Assembly: GCA_963555825.3 (NCBI GenBank)
Contig: CAUVXB020000002.1
Location: forward strand, 3,008,001 to 3,072,000
Direction of reading: 5' to 3'
DNA length: 64,000 nt
From: Alphaproteobacteria bacterium
GTDB taxonomy: Bacteria > Pseudomonadota > Alphaproteobacteria > JAAXGF01
The translations under genes and the position numbers were made by a program. Below are positions 19,559 through 28,782 of this stretch, one piece after another (the first letter of the stretch is position 1; each line of letters begins with the position of its first letter). The notes beneath the pieces are model-generated. The model was not told the DNA's origin and made no database searches. It saw only the letters and a list, made by a program, of their open reading frames with translations.

Positions 19559-19921
19559 CTACTTGCGGTGCCAGCGGCCGGTCGAATCCATGACGAATTC
19601 GCCCGGCTTGGCGCGCCGGACCAGCTTTTTGCCGACGATCGCCTCGACCGCCTGCAGGCTGGTGCCGTTCTTCGTGGCGATGCCCTGGTATTTGGCGCGG
19701 CGCTTGCCGTTGATGTTCTGGACCATCGCCACGACGCCGCCCGGCGCCGACGGATCGACGATGCCGACGTAGCCATCGACGCGCTCGCCGACCAGCCCGG
19801 CGGCCTTGGCGGCGTCGAGCGATTGGGCGCGCGACGCCGTGACCGGGACGAAGGCGAGCGCGGCGGCCAGGGCGAACGTCGAAAGGGCCAGTCTACGGGT
19901 CATTCGTTTCATCGCGGTCAT
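19559..19921 (-). CDS. ydbL: YdbL family protein (DUF1318)
   Basis: AKAAGLVGE..DGY, N..RR..Y..IA.KNG, G.W; operon position. Confidence 0.9.
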   Translation of the reverse strand: MTAMKRMTRRLALSTFALAAALAFVPVTASRAQSLDAAKAAGLVGERVDGYVGIVDPSAPGGVVAMVQNINGKRRAKYQGIATKNGTSLQAVEAIVGKKLVRRAKPGEFVMDSTGRWHRK

Positions 19922-19923
19922 GC

Positions 19924-20115
19924 CTAGAACAGGCCCTCCTCGTCCTCGAACAGCGCCTCGACGTCCTTCTCGATCTTGATACGTATCTCCTGCTCGATCT
20001 TGATGTTGAGGTTGATGACGATCGGCTTGTCGGGCGGCTCGATCTTCACCGTGGGCGCGCAGGCGGCGGCGAGCGCCACGGCGACGAGCGCGATCAGCAG
20101 GCGGGGCGGCGCCAT
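19924..20115 (-). CDS. ynbE: YnbE family lipoprotein
   Basis: LAAAC lipobox, PDKPI.INLNIKIEQEIR. Confidence 0.92.
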   Translation of the reverse strand: MAPPRLLIALVAVALAAACAPTVKIEPPDKPIVINLNIKIEQEIRIKIEKDVEALFEDEEGLF

Positions 20116-20133
20116 CAGCGCCTCACCGGCGCG

Positions 20134-23100
20134 TCAGCCGCCGAACTTGCGCAGCTGCTCGACGATGACGTCGGGGATGCGATAGCCCTCGAGGCCGCGC
20201 CGCAGCATGGTGTCGAGCTCGCCCAAGATGTTGATGTTGAACTCGACCGGAAAGCCGTCATAGAACGATGGGTTGGCGCCAAGCAGGTGGAGCCCCACCA
20301 CGGTGTCGCCGTCGGCCTTTCTGTCGAGCGTAACGCGCAGCCGTTCATACTCAAAATTCTCCAGGGCGGCGAGCATCAGCGTAGCGCCTTCGCCGGCCTC
20401 GCGCAACGCGCTCGGCGCCGCGTCGGGTTTGTAGCGCAGCACGCCGCCCTCCGGGCCCGCCTCGAGCACGCCGCCCGCGATGACCACGCCGGCGTCGGCG
20501 AAGCTGACCGGGATGCGGCCGCTCAACAGGCCGGTCGCCTCGAGACCGCCGATTTCGGCCAGCGCGACGACCTGGGCGAGGTCGATTTCGGCGACGTCGA
20601 ACGTGACCTCGTGCCGGTCGGCGGCCGGATCGATGCGATACGCGCCGGCGCTGATCGTGCCGCCCGCCCAGCGCCATTCCGCGTGCTCGACGTCGATCGT
20701 GCCCTCGGGGGACAGCTGGAAGGTCACGATGCCGTCGGTCAGCGGCAGGCCGGCGTCGAGCAGGGCGACGGCAACGAGCTGACCGGGATGTGTCGACGGC
20801 GGCCAGACGCCGTCCAAGCGGACCACCGCGTTGGCCTGTTCGACGCGGATCTGATCGACGGTCGCCGAAACGTCCTCGATCAGCAGCGTGATGTCAGGGA
20901 TCAGCCTGCCGTCCGACCAGGCGATCTCGCCTTCGGCCGCTACCGCGCCGGCGACGTCGTCGACCAACCCTTGCAACATCGGAAACAGGTGACCCGGCTG
21001 CACCAGGCCCGGCGCGAAGCCGATGCGCTCGATCTCGAAGGCGAGGCGGCCATCGCGCGTCGCCAGGTCGTGCGTGCCGGTCAGACGTGCGGTCAGACGC
21101 TCGGCGTCGTCGTCCACGGTGGCTGTGAACGCGAGCCGGTCGCCCGCCCGGTCGATCGCGCCGGCCAGCCGTAGCGGTATGACGAAGGCGCGTCCGCCGC
21201 CGTGCCGCAGCCGCGCGACGGCGAACTCGGCGAACCGCCCACCGGCCTCGCGGGTGTCGAGCGTCACGTCGATGCCGTCGATCGCGACATCCTCACCCGG
21301 CATGCGCAGCGATGCGCCACGCGTCGCGACGACGCTCTCGTAGCTGCCGTCGAGCGGCAGAAGCGTGCCTTCGAGGGTCAATTCCGGGGTCACGAAGACG
21401 ATCGCCGTCGTCCCGCCGTCGGGCAAGGTCACGGCGCCTTCGAGGACGAGGTCGAGGAGGCCGATCCGATGGCGCGTGGCGAGCGTGCCGGCGCTCCAGT
21501 CGGCCTCGATGACCGGTGACGGCGCGAGCCGGAGCGATACCGGGCGGCTGGTCTCGAAAATCTCGGCGACGCGCAGCGCGCCGACATCGAGCCGGGCGCC
21601 GTCACGAAGCATCACGGTTAGCCGGTCGCCGACCAGGTCGACCCGGCCATCGAGTTCGATGTCGATGCGTTCGGCCTCGATGCGGTCGACCGCCACCGTC
21701 GCGCGCGCGACCATGCTGAAGCCGCCGGTCAGCGCGCTCGGCGTACCGGCGAGACTGGCGCTGAGACGGTCGATCGTGACGCTCGACGCGGCCAGCGCAA
21801 GGCGCTCGGTCGAAAGCCTGATATGCGGCACGGTCACGGCGATCAATGCGCCCGTCGGGTCGAGTTCGGCGGTCGCGTCGAACTCGGCGTCGAGCGTCAC
21901 GCCGGAGGCCAGCGTCACGCGCAGGCCGGTCGCCCCATAGAGCGTTTTGCCGGCGTCCGTGGCGGTCAGCGAGACGAACGGCGGCGCGCGGCCGTCGCCG
22001 CCAAGGGCGAGCCTCAGCGGACCGTCGAGATGCGTCGCGGCAAATTCGCCGAGGCCGCTCGAGGCGAGCGCCGCGGGATCGGCGCGCCCGAGTGTGACGT
22101 CGAGGCCCTCGGGCGCGGTCAGCGAGACCGAGTCCGGCGTCAGCTCGACGTCGACGGCGCCATCGACCGCGATGCCCGTGGCGAGACCCGGGAAAGCCGC
22201 GCCGTCGAGTGCCAGCGTTACGATACCCGCCGCCGAGAGACCATCGAAGGCGGCTGCCGGTTGCGCAGAACTGCCCAGGGCGCCCTTGAGCGCCAAAGCG
22301 ATGCGGCCGGTCCCGAGGGCCGGTCGAGGCGGCTCGCCCGAACCGGTCACGGCATCCCGCACCATCGCCTCGCCGTCGATGATGAAGGTCGCCGGTGACG
22401 CGCCACCATCGGTCAGCGTGGCGTCGAGCGTCGCCTCAATGACCGGCCCGCTCGACAGCACGAGACGCACGCCGCCCGCGGCGCTGGCCGATAGCGCGTC
22501 GCCGTCGGCGCGCAGGTAGGCGAACAGCGGCGGCTGGCCCTTGCCGCCGATGTCGAGTGTGACCAGGCCGGCCAGCAGCTGGCGGATGTCGGCGCCAAGG
22601 CCGGCCGCCGCCAGCATGTCCTGGTCCGCGTCGATGACCTCGAAACGGATTCCGTCGCGCGACGTCGCGGTCAGCGCGCCGCCCATCAGGCGCAACTCGG
22701 CGCGGCCGTCGGCCGTGACTTTCGCGGCGAGGCCCGGCAAAGCGACATCGGCAAAGGCGAAGTCGACACCGCCCGCGAGGTCGAAGGTCGCGAGCCCGTC
22801 GCGCGCCGCAAGCAACCCGGCCAGCGCATCGGGGCCGGGCAGGTCGCCCGACAGCGAGAGCGATGCGCGGCCCGTGCCGGCGGTCGCGTCCAGCGTCGCC
22901 AGCACGCCGCCGAGCGCCGCCGGGTCGCTCGCACGCACCTCGAACGCGAGCGTGAAACGTGGTGTCGCGCTGTTGAGGCCGTCGATCGAAGCGCTACCGT
23001 TGAGGCCGAGTCGGTCGTCGGTCGAGGCCGCGGCGAGTGATGCGACGAGGCGACCCGCGGTGTGTGCGAGATCGAGCGTGGCGTCGGCAAACGTCAGGCC

Positions 23101-23847
23101 GGGCAGGGTGACGGCGCGCGCCGTAAGCCGACCCTCGAGCCGCGTGATCGCGCGGCCGGTAGCCGCCAAACGTATCGCACCGGCGAGGCCGTCGGCGTCG
23201 GCTGGACCCAGCACGAGGCGACCGCCGTTGACGTCGAACCGCGCGTCGACGCCGTCGCCTGGCGTCGTCTCGGCGGTCAGGCGCCCCTCGATCGTGCCGT
23301 GAGCGCCGCGCAGCGCGACGTCGGCCGAGACGCGCAACACGCCGCCGGCGGTAATCGCCTCGCCGGTCGCCGACACCGTCACCTCGCCCAGCGGCGTCGT
23401 GAGCGAAACCTCGATGCCGCGCAGCTCGACGACGTCGACCGGCGGCGCTGCGGTCGTCGCCGCCGGATCGGCCGCGATCAGGCCGTCGAGGGCACCGAAC
23501 GAGACGCCGCCGGGGCCGGCCGTACCGCGCAGCCGGGCGCCGATGACGATAACGCGGCGTAGCCGACCGGCGATCAGCTCGTCAGGGCGATATTCGATCG
23601 CGAGGTCGCCGATCGTGATATCCCCATTGGCGCCGATGCGGATGTCGCCGGCGACCGCCCGCGTCCAGCCGACGCGGCGTATCGTCAGGGCGGCGTCGTC
23701 GATGCCGATGGCGGCGAGTTCGTCGAGCAGTCGGGGCTCGACGAAATCGGGGATCGCATGGCCGGCGACGACGCCCGCCGCCAGGCCCAGTGCGAACATG
23801 ACGAGCAGCACGCGGGGCAGATAGCGGCGCGATCCGCGCTTGGCCAT
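20134..23847 (-). CDS. ydbH: YdbH-family (AsmA-like) intermembrane lipid bridge protein
   Basis: N-terminal TM anchor, long beta-rich body, C-terminal GLLSGRIP, GGVLRY, ALENFEY, G.NP..YDG.PV.FNIN; upstream of ynbE-ydbL. Confidence 0.88.
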   Translation of the reverse strand: MAKRGSRRYLPRVLLVMFALGLAAGVVAGHAIPDFVEPRLLDELAAIGIDDAALTIRRVGWTRAVAGDIRIGANGDITIGDLAIEYRPDELIAGRLRRVIVIGARLRGTAGPGGVSFGALDGLIAADPAATTAAPPVDVVELRGIEVSLTTPLGEVTVSATGEAITAGGVLRVSADVALRGAHGTIEGRLTAETTPGDGVDARFDVNGGRLVLGPADADGLAGAIRLAATGRAITRLEGRLTARAVTLPGLTFADATLDLAHTAGRLVASLAAASTDDRLGLNGSASIDGLNSATPRFTLAFEVRASDPAALGGVLATLDATAGTGRASLSLSGDLPGPDALAGLLAARDGLATFDLAGGVDFAFADVALPGLAAKVTADGRAELRLMGGALTATSRDGIRFEVIDADQDMLAAAGLGADIRQLLAGLVTLDIGGKGQPPLFAYLRADGDALSASAAGGVRLVLSSGPVIEATLDATLTDGGASPATFIIDGEAMVRDAVTGSGEPPRPALGTGRIALALKGALGSSAQPAAAFDGLSAAGIVTLALDGAAFPGLATGIAVDGAVDVELTPDSVSLTAPEGLDVTLGRADPAALASSGLGEFAATHLDGPLRLALGGDGRAPPFVSLTATDAGKTLYGATGLRVTLASGVTLDAEFDATAELDPTGALIAVTVPHIRLSTERLALAASSVTIDRLSASLAGTPSALTGGFSMVARATVAVDRIEAERIDIELDGRVDLVGDRLTVMLRDGARLDVGALRVAEIFETSRPVSLRLAPSPVIEADWSAGTLATRHRIGLLDLVLEGAVTLPDGGTTAIVFVTPELTLEGTLLPLDGSYESVVATRGASLRMPGEDVAIDGIDVTLDTREAGGRFAEFAVARLRHGGGRAFVIPLRLAGAIDRAGDRLAFTATVDDDAERLTARLTGTHDLATRDGRLAFEIERIGFAPGLVQPGHLFPMLQGLVDDVAGAVAAEGEIAWSDGRLIPDITLLIEDVSATVDQIRVEQANAVVRLDGVWPPSTHPGQLVAVALLDAGLPLTDGIVTFQLSPEGTIDVEHAEWRWAGGTISAGAYRIDPAADRHEVTFDVAEIDLAQVVALAEIGGLEATGLLSGRIPVSFADAGVVIAGGVLEAGPEGGVLRYKPDAAPSALREAGEGATLMLAALENFEYERLRVTLDRKADGDTVVGLHLLGANPSFYDGFPVEFNINILGELDTMLRRGLEGYRIPDVIVEQLRKFGG

Positions 23848-23871
23848 CTCTCGCTCTCCGATAACGGCCGG

Positions 23872-24777
23872 TTACGCCGCGCCTCTGGCGCGGAAACCGG
23901 CCGGGTCGATCCCGTGGAAGGCCTTGAAGGCGCGTGAGAAATAGCTGCGGCTGGCATAGCCGACCGATGCCGCGACGGTCTTGACGGGCAAGCTGGTGTT
24001 GGCCAGCGTATTGGCCGCGCGCCTGAGGCGCAGCTCCTTCAGGAAGTCCATCGCCGAGCGGCCGAAGGCGTCGGCGAAATGCATGGTGAACGCGGATCGG
24101 CTCATGCCGGCAATTTCGGCCAGTCGGTCGAGCGTGAAGGACGCGCCGGGATCGTCGAGCATCACCATCACCGCGGCGCCGAGCCGGGGATCCTCGAGCG
24201 CCGAGAGCCACGAAACACGGCATTCGCCGCTCGCGCAATGTTGCCTGAGAAGAAGCACCAGGCATTGTTTCATGAGCGCTTCGCTCAACGCGTCGGTGCC
24301 CGGTTGGGGCGACGCCAGTTCCGCGAGCAGGGCCTCGAACGCGCCGCGAATCGGGCCGTTGTCGGTGAAGTCCTCGACAATTGGCTCGCGCAGATAGTCG
24401 AACAATCCCTTGCCGTGCCGATAGGTCGCGCTGATCGCGCCACAGGCCAAGATCAGGCCGTGCTCGCCGCAGCCCGCGGCGATCCGCTCAAGGCCGTCGG
24501 TCATCGGGCTGCAGGCGAGCGCGGGAACCGTCGCCTGGCCGCCGCCGCCGGCCTCGATGCGCTGGCGGACGCCCGAGGGCACGATCATGAAGGTGTGCGC
24601 CCGCGCGTCGATCGCGGGACCGCCGGCCAAGCGTATGGTGCCGGCGCCGGCCAGCGTGTAATGGACCGTCGCCGTATCGCTGGCATCGAATGCGAGATGC
24701 GCATCACCACGCACGTCGCACACCGCGAACGGCTCGACGCCGACCTCTAGGCCGGCCAGAAGCTTCTCGAGAAGCAT
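23872..24777 (-). CDS. AraC family transcriptional regulator with N-terminal cupin
   Basis: ALEDPRLG, LAEIAGMSRSAF, VGYAS..YFSRAFK; start taken at MLLEKLL with AGAGG upstream. Confidence 0.9.
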   Translation of the reverse strand: MLLEKLLAGLEVGVEPFAVCDVRGDAHLAFDASDTATVHYTLAGAGTIRLAGGPAIDARAHTFMIVPSGVRQRIEAGGGGQATVPALACSPMTDGLERIAAGCGEHGLILACGAISATYRHGKGLFDYLREPIVEDFTDNGPIRGAFEALLAELASPQPGTDALSEALMKQCLVLLLRQHCASGECRVSWLSALEDPRLGAAVMVMLDDPGASFTLDRLAEIAGMSRSAFTMHFADAFGRSAMDFLKELRLRRAANTLANTSLPVKTVAASVGYASRSYFSRAFKAFHGIDPAGFRARGAA

Positions 24778-24904
24778 GACCTCTGCGTCCTCTCCTGGCC
24801 GACGGCGCCGGCTGCTTTTGGCCGATTGGGCACCGTCGACACCCCAAAAAGCACCTTCATCGGCCCATCTTGTCAAGACCGGAACATCTTCGAGGAGATC
24901 AACC

Positions 24905-25720
24905 ATGTGTGAAACCCACGACCACAAGGGGGTCGATCGCCGCTCGGTCATCACGACTGGGGCGGCCGGTATCGCCGCGACCGCGGCGTTCGCTGCGGTC
25001 GGCGTCAGGCGCGCCGAGGCGGCCCACGGCGCCTATGCCGATCCCGCCGAGGGCGCACTGCCGCCGTCCGATCTCGCGCTCAATGTCAAGCGGGCCGCGC
25101 TTGTCGTGACCGATCCGCAGATCGACTTCTTGAGCCCCAACGGCGTGACCTGGGGCGTCGTCGGCAAGAGCGTCGAGCACAACGGCACGGTGGCCAACAT
25201 CGGGCGCCTGTTCAAGGCGGCCAAGCAGGCCGACATGACGGTGGCGATCTCGCCGCACTACTACTATCCGACCGACCATGGCTGGAAGTTCAGTGGCCCG
25301 CTCGAGAAGCTGATGCACAAGATCGGCATGTTCGACCGGCCGAGCGCCTACACGGTCGAGGGCTTCGAAGGCTCGGGCGCCGATTTCATGCCCGAGTACA
25401 AGGAATACATCCACGACGGCAAGACGATCATCGCCTCGCCGCACAAGGTCTACGGTCCCGAGAACAACGACCTGGTGCTGCAGCTGCGCAAGCAGCGCGT
25501 CGACCAGGTGGTGCTCGCTGGCATGTCGGCCAACCTCTGCCTCGAGTCGCATATGCGCGAGCTCCAGGAACAGGGCTTCGAGGTCGCCGTGGTGCGCGAC
25601 GCCACCGCCGCGGCGATGCTGCCAGAAGGCGACGGCTACCAGGCGGCGCTGACCAACTTCCGCTACATGGCGAACGCCCTGTGGACGACCGACGAGGCGG
25701 TCAAGCGCATCACCGCCTAG
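24905..25720 (+). CDS. Isochorismatase-family cysteine hydrolase with Tat-like signal
   Basis: DRRSVI signal, TDPQIDF, GMSANLCLESH, VRDATAA; GAGGAG RBS. Confidence 0.88.
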   Translation: MCETHDHKGVDRRSVITTGAAGIAATAAFAAVGVRRAEAAHGAYADPAEGALPPSDLALNVKRAALVVTDPQIDFLSPNGVTWGVVGKSVEHNGTVANIGRLFKAAKQADMTVAISPHYYYPTDHGWKFSGPLEKLMHKIGMFDRPSAYTVEGFEGSGADFMPEYKEYIHDGKTIIASPHKVYGPENNDLVLQLRKQRVDQVVLAGMSANLCLESHMRELQEQGFEVAVVRDATAAAMLPEGDGYQAALTNFRYMANALWTTDEAVKRITA

Positions 25721-25744
25721 GCGCGCCGATCGCTTGACCGTAAA

Positions 25745-25777
25745 TGGCGGCGGCCGCACCCCCCTGCGGCCGCCGCC
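25745..25777. terminator. GC-rich hairpin after the hydrolase
   Basis: GGCGGCGGCCGCA-CCCCC-TGCGGCCGCCGCC perfect stem; no clear U tract. Confidence 0.5.
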
Positions 25778-25893
25778 GAATTCTCAGTGCCTGGCCGCGC
25801 CATGCATTCCGGCGGCGACGACCGCTTCACGAAACATCACAACTCATTCAGCTGGGCGGCATAAGCCGTCGCGCGCGCTTACATGTGTGTCTA

Positions 25894-26157
25894 GTGGATA
25901 GATTCCAACATAGGGTACCCATACGATCCCATATCCCGGTTTCTCGGCAGGAGAGCGCCCGCCGGCGATGCATTTGCATCGGCAAGGGTGTTCGACGCCC
26001 CGAGAAGCCGGGATATGGCCCCCGCAGGCCGGCGTCCCAAGGTCGCCGGACGCGTTGCCCGATGCTTGTGATGCTCCAGCATCACCGCACATCGGGCGCC
26101 TTTCCGGGCGACCTTGGGACGCCGTCGTATGGGTACCATATGGTGGATTCTATCCAC
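25894..26157. repeat. MITE-like non-coding element with 33-bp terminal IR and two internal long hairpins
   Basis: 25894-25926 vs 26125-26157 match 30/33; stems 25929-25947/26000-26018 and 26031-26047/26107-26123. Confidence 0.8.
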
Positions 26158-26283
26158 CAAGCTAGGCCAGGATCCTTGCGTGAGGTCGGCCGGATAGCCA
26201 CCCATGAGTGAAGGAGGTGCGGCCCCATGGCGCACGTGGTAGGGTCGGGACACAGCCGCCAGCCGGGGACAGCGACGCCGCGG

Positions 26284-27042
26284 ATGACATCGAACGAGAA
26301 CGATACGCTGCAGCCGAGGGGCAGTGCGGTAGGGCGACTTTGGCCCATCGCGGCATTATTGGTCGCCATCGCAGCCTTGTTTCTTTTCGGCCCCGACAAC
26401 CAGACCGTCTTCGAGACGCTGCGTGAGCACCGCCAGGCGATGCTCGGCTTCGTCGCCGACAATGCCGTATTGGCCGGCGCGACCTTCTTCGCGATCTATG
26501 TCGTTGCGATCGCCTTTTCGGTGCCGGGCGGCGCAATGATGACGATCGTCGGCGGTTTTCTTTTCGGACCGATTGTCACGGCGAGCTATGTCGTCTTCGC
26601 TGCGACGCTGGGCGCCACGATACTGTTCATCGTCGCGCGCAGCGCGGTCGGCAATCGGCTGCGCGAACGCGCCGGGCCGTGGCTGAAGAAGATGGAGGCC
26701 GGCTTTCAGGACAACGCGCTCAGCTATCTTTTGGTGCTCAGGCTGGTGCCGCTGTTTCCCTTCTTCGTCGTCAACCTGGTGCCGGCCTTCCTGGGCGTCC
26801 GCCTGCGGACCTATGTCGTCGGCACCTTCTTCGGCATCATTCCGGGCACCTTCGTCTTCGCGCTCGCTGGCGACGGGCTGGGCAGCGTGCTCGATCAGGG
26901 TGGCGACTTCGACTTGGCCACCGTCCTGACGCCGCAGATGATCGCGGCATTGATCGGCCTCGCCCTGCTCGCCCTCGTACCGGTCGTCTACAAGAAGATG
27001 CGGTCGCGCAAACCAGGCGCCGGCACCTCGGGCGGGGCCTGA
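26284..27042 (+). CDS. TVP38/TMEM64 (DedA/VTT) family membrane protein
   Basis: SVPGG...TIVGGFLFG, LRLVPLFPFFVVNL, GIIPGT; start could be 26227. Confidence 0.9.
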   Translation: MTSNENDTLQPRGSAVGRLWPIAALLVAIAALFLFGPDNQTVFETLREHRQAMLGFVADNAVLAGATFFAIYVVAIAFSVPGGAMMTIVGGFLFGPIVTASYVVFAATLGATILFIVARSAVGNRLRERAGPWLKKMEAGFQDNALSYLLVLRLVPLFPFFVVNLVPAFLGVRLRTYVVGTFFGIIPGTFVFALAGDGLGSVLDQGGDFDLATVLTPQMIAALIGLALLALVPVVYKKMRSRKPGAGTSGGA

Positions 27043-27045
27043 ACC

Positions 27046-28470
27046 TTGGCCCGTGAACTGAAGGTCGACATCTGCGTCATCGGCGCCGGCTCGGGCGGCC
27101 TCTCGGTCGCCGCCGGGGCGAGCCAGATGGGCGCCGAGACCGCGCTCATCGAAGGCGGCGCGATGGGCGGCGACTGCCTCAACTTCGGCTGCGTACCGTC
27201 CAAGGCGCTGCTCGCCGCCGGCCACGTCGCCGAGCGTATCCGACGCGCCGGGCGGTTCGGCGTCAACGGCGTCGAGCCGACGGTCGACTTCGGCGCCGTC
27301 CACGACCACGTCCACGACGTCATCGCCGGCATCGCGCCGCACGACTCGGTCGAACGCTTCGAGGGGCTCGGCGTGCATGTCGTCCAGGAATATGGCCGCT
27401 TCACCGGTCCGGGCAGGGTCCAGGCGGGCGACACCGAGGTGCGCGCGCGGCGCTTCGTCGTGGCGACCGGCTCGCGGCCGCTGGTGCCGCCGATCCCGGG
27501 GCTCGACGGGACGCCGTTCCTGACCAACGAGACGGTGTTCGGGCTGACCGAGGCGCCCGAGCATCTGATGATCGTCGGCGGCGGCCCGATCGGCGCCGAA
27601 CTCGCCCAGGCGTTCCGCCGCCTCGGCGCGCGTGTGACGATCATCGAGATGTTCGCACTGATGGGCAACGACGACCCCGAGCTGGTCGACGTGGTGCGCA
27701 CGCGGCTGCGCGCCGAGGGCGTCGAGATCCACGAGGGCGCCAAGGTGGTGCGCGTCGAGGGTCGCGGCAACGCCGTCGCCGTGGTCGCCGAGGCGGGCGG
27801 TACCGAGCGGCGCATCGACGGCTCGCATCTGCTGATCGCCGCCGGCCGCGCCGCCAACGTCGACGGTCTCGGCCTCGACGACGCCGGCATCGCCTACACG
27901 CCCCGCGGCATCGCGGTCGACGCCAGGCTGCGTTCGTCGAACCGCCGCGTTTACGCCATCGGCGATGTCGCCGGCGGCTATGCCTTCACCCACATGGCGG
28001 CGTACCACGCCGGCATCGTCATCAAGAACGCCCTGTTCCGGCTGCCCGCCAAGGTCGATCGTCGCGCCGTCCCGTGGGTCACCTTCACCGACCCCGAGCT
28101 GGCCCAGGTCGGCATGACCGAAGCCCGGGCGCGCGAAGCCGGCGAGACCATCCGCGTGCTGCGCTGGCCGTTCGCCGAGAACGACCGCGCCCGCACGGAA
28201 CGCGAGACACAGGGCTTCGTCAAGGCGGTGACGACGGCGCGCGGGCGCATCCTGGGCGCCGGCATCGTCGGGTCGGGCGCCGGCGAGCTGATCCAGCCGT
28301 GGGAGTTAGCGATCCGCGCCAAGCTCAAGATCGGCGCCATGGCCGGGCTGATCGCGCCCTATCCGACGCTGGCCGAGGTCAACAAGCGCGCCGCGGAGAG
28401 CTTCTATACCGAGCAGCTGTTCAGCGAGCGCACCCGCAAGCTGGTCCGTTTCCTGGCGCGTTTCGGTTAG
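27046..28470 (+). CDS. Pyridine nucleotide-disulfide oxidoreductase (Lpd/MerA-like family)
   Basis: VIGAGSGG, GGDCLNFGCVPSK redox disulfide, GGGPIGAE, FTDPELA, YPTLAE; no C-terminal Cys-Cys. Confidence 0.9.
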   Translation: MARELKVDICVIGAGSGGLSVAAGASQMGAETALIEGGAMGGDCLNFGCVPSKALLAAGHVAERIRRAGRFGVNGVEPTVDFGAVHDHVHDVIAGIAPHDSVERFEGLGVHVVQEYGRFTGPGRVQAGDTEVRARRFVVATGSRPLVPPIPGLDGTPFLTNETVFGLTEAPEHLMIVGGGPIGAELAQAFRRLGARVTIIEMFALMGNDDPELVDVVRTRLRAEGVEIHEGAKVVRVEGRGNAVAVVAEAGGTERRIDGSHLLIAAGRAANVDGLGLDDAGIAYTPRGIAVDARLRSSNRRVYAIGDVAGGYAFTHMAAYHAGIVIKNALFRLPAKVDRRAVPWVTFTDPELAQVGMTEARAREAGETIRVLRWPFAENDRARTERETQGFVKAVTTARGRILGAGIVGSGAGELIQPWELAIRAKLKIGAMAGLIAPYPTLAEVNKRAAESFYTEQLFSERTRKLVRFLARFG

Positions 28471-28546
28471 CCCGGTTTTCCCACCATGGACAGACGTGTC
28501 ATCGCGTCGGCCGGAGTCTGGTCCACTGGGAGAAGGCCGCCGCGCA

Positions 28547-28646
28547 GAATTACGGGGACGTGATACTTAATTATATGGTGACAGTATACCTAGTAAGTTT
28601 GAATTAAGGATCACGTCCCCTTGATTCTCTCTTGATTCTCTAATTC
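28547..28646. repeat. AT-rich palindromic island
   Basis: GGGGACGTGATACTTAATT (28554-28572) / AATTAAGGATCACGTCCCC (28602-28620), 18/19 IR; tandem CTTGATTCTCT x2. Confidence 0.7.
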
Positions 28647-28782
28647 ATTGTGGCCCGCGCGCTTATCCTAGCCTGTCGTCCGATATCCGCCGTGCCGCAC
28701 CTGTCCATGGTGAGAATTCCGGGCCGACGCAGCCGGGCATGCCAGGTGGGCCGTGGGCGCGAAATTGCCCTATAATCGACCC

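Noticed and set aside
27046-28470. Mercuric reductase merA or true dihydrolipoamide dehydrogenase
   Set aside because: No C-terminal Cys-Cys and no mer genes; YPTLAE replaces the HPTxxE motif of Lpd
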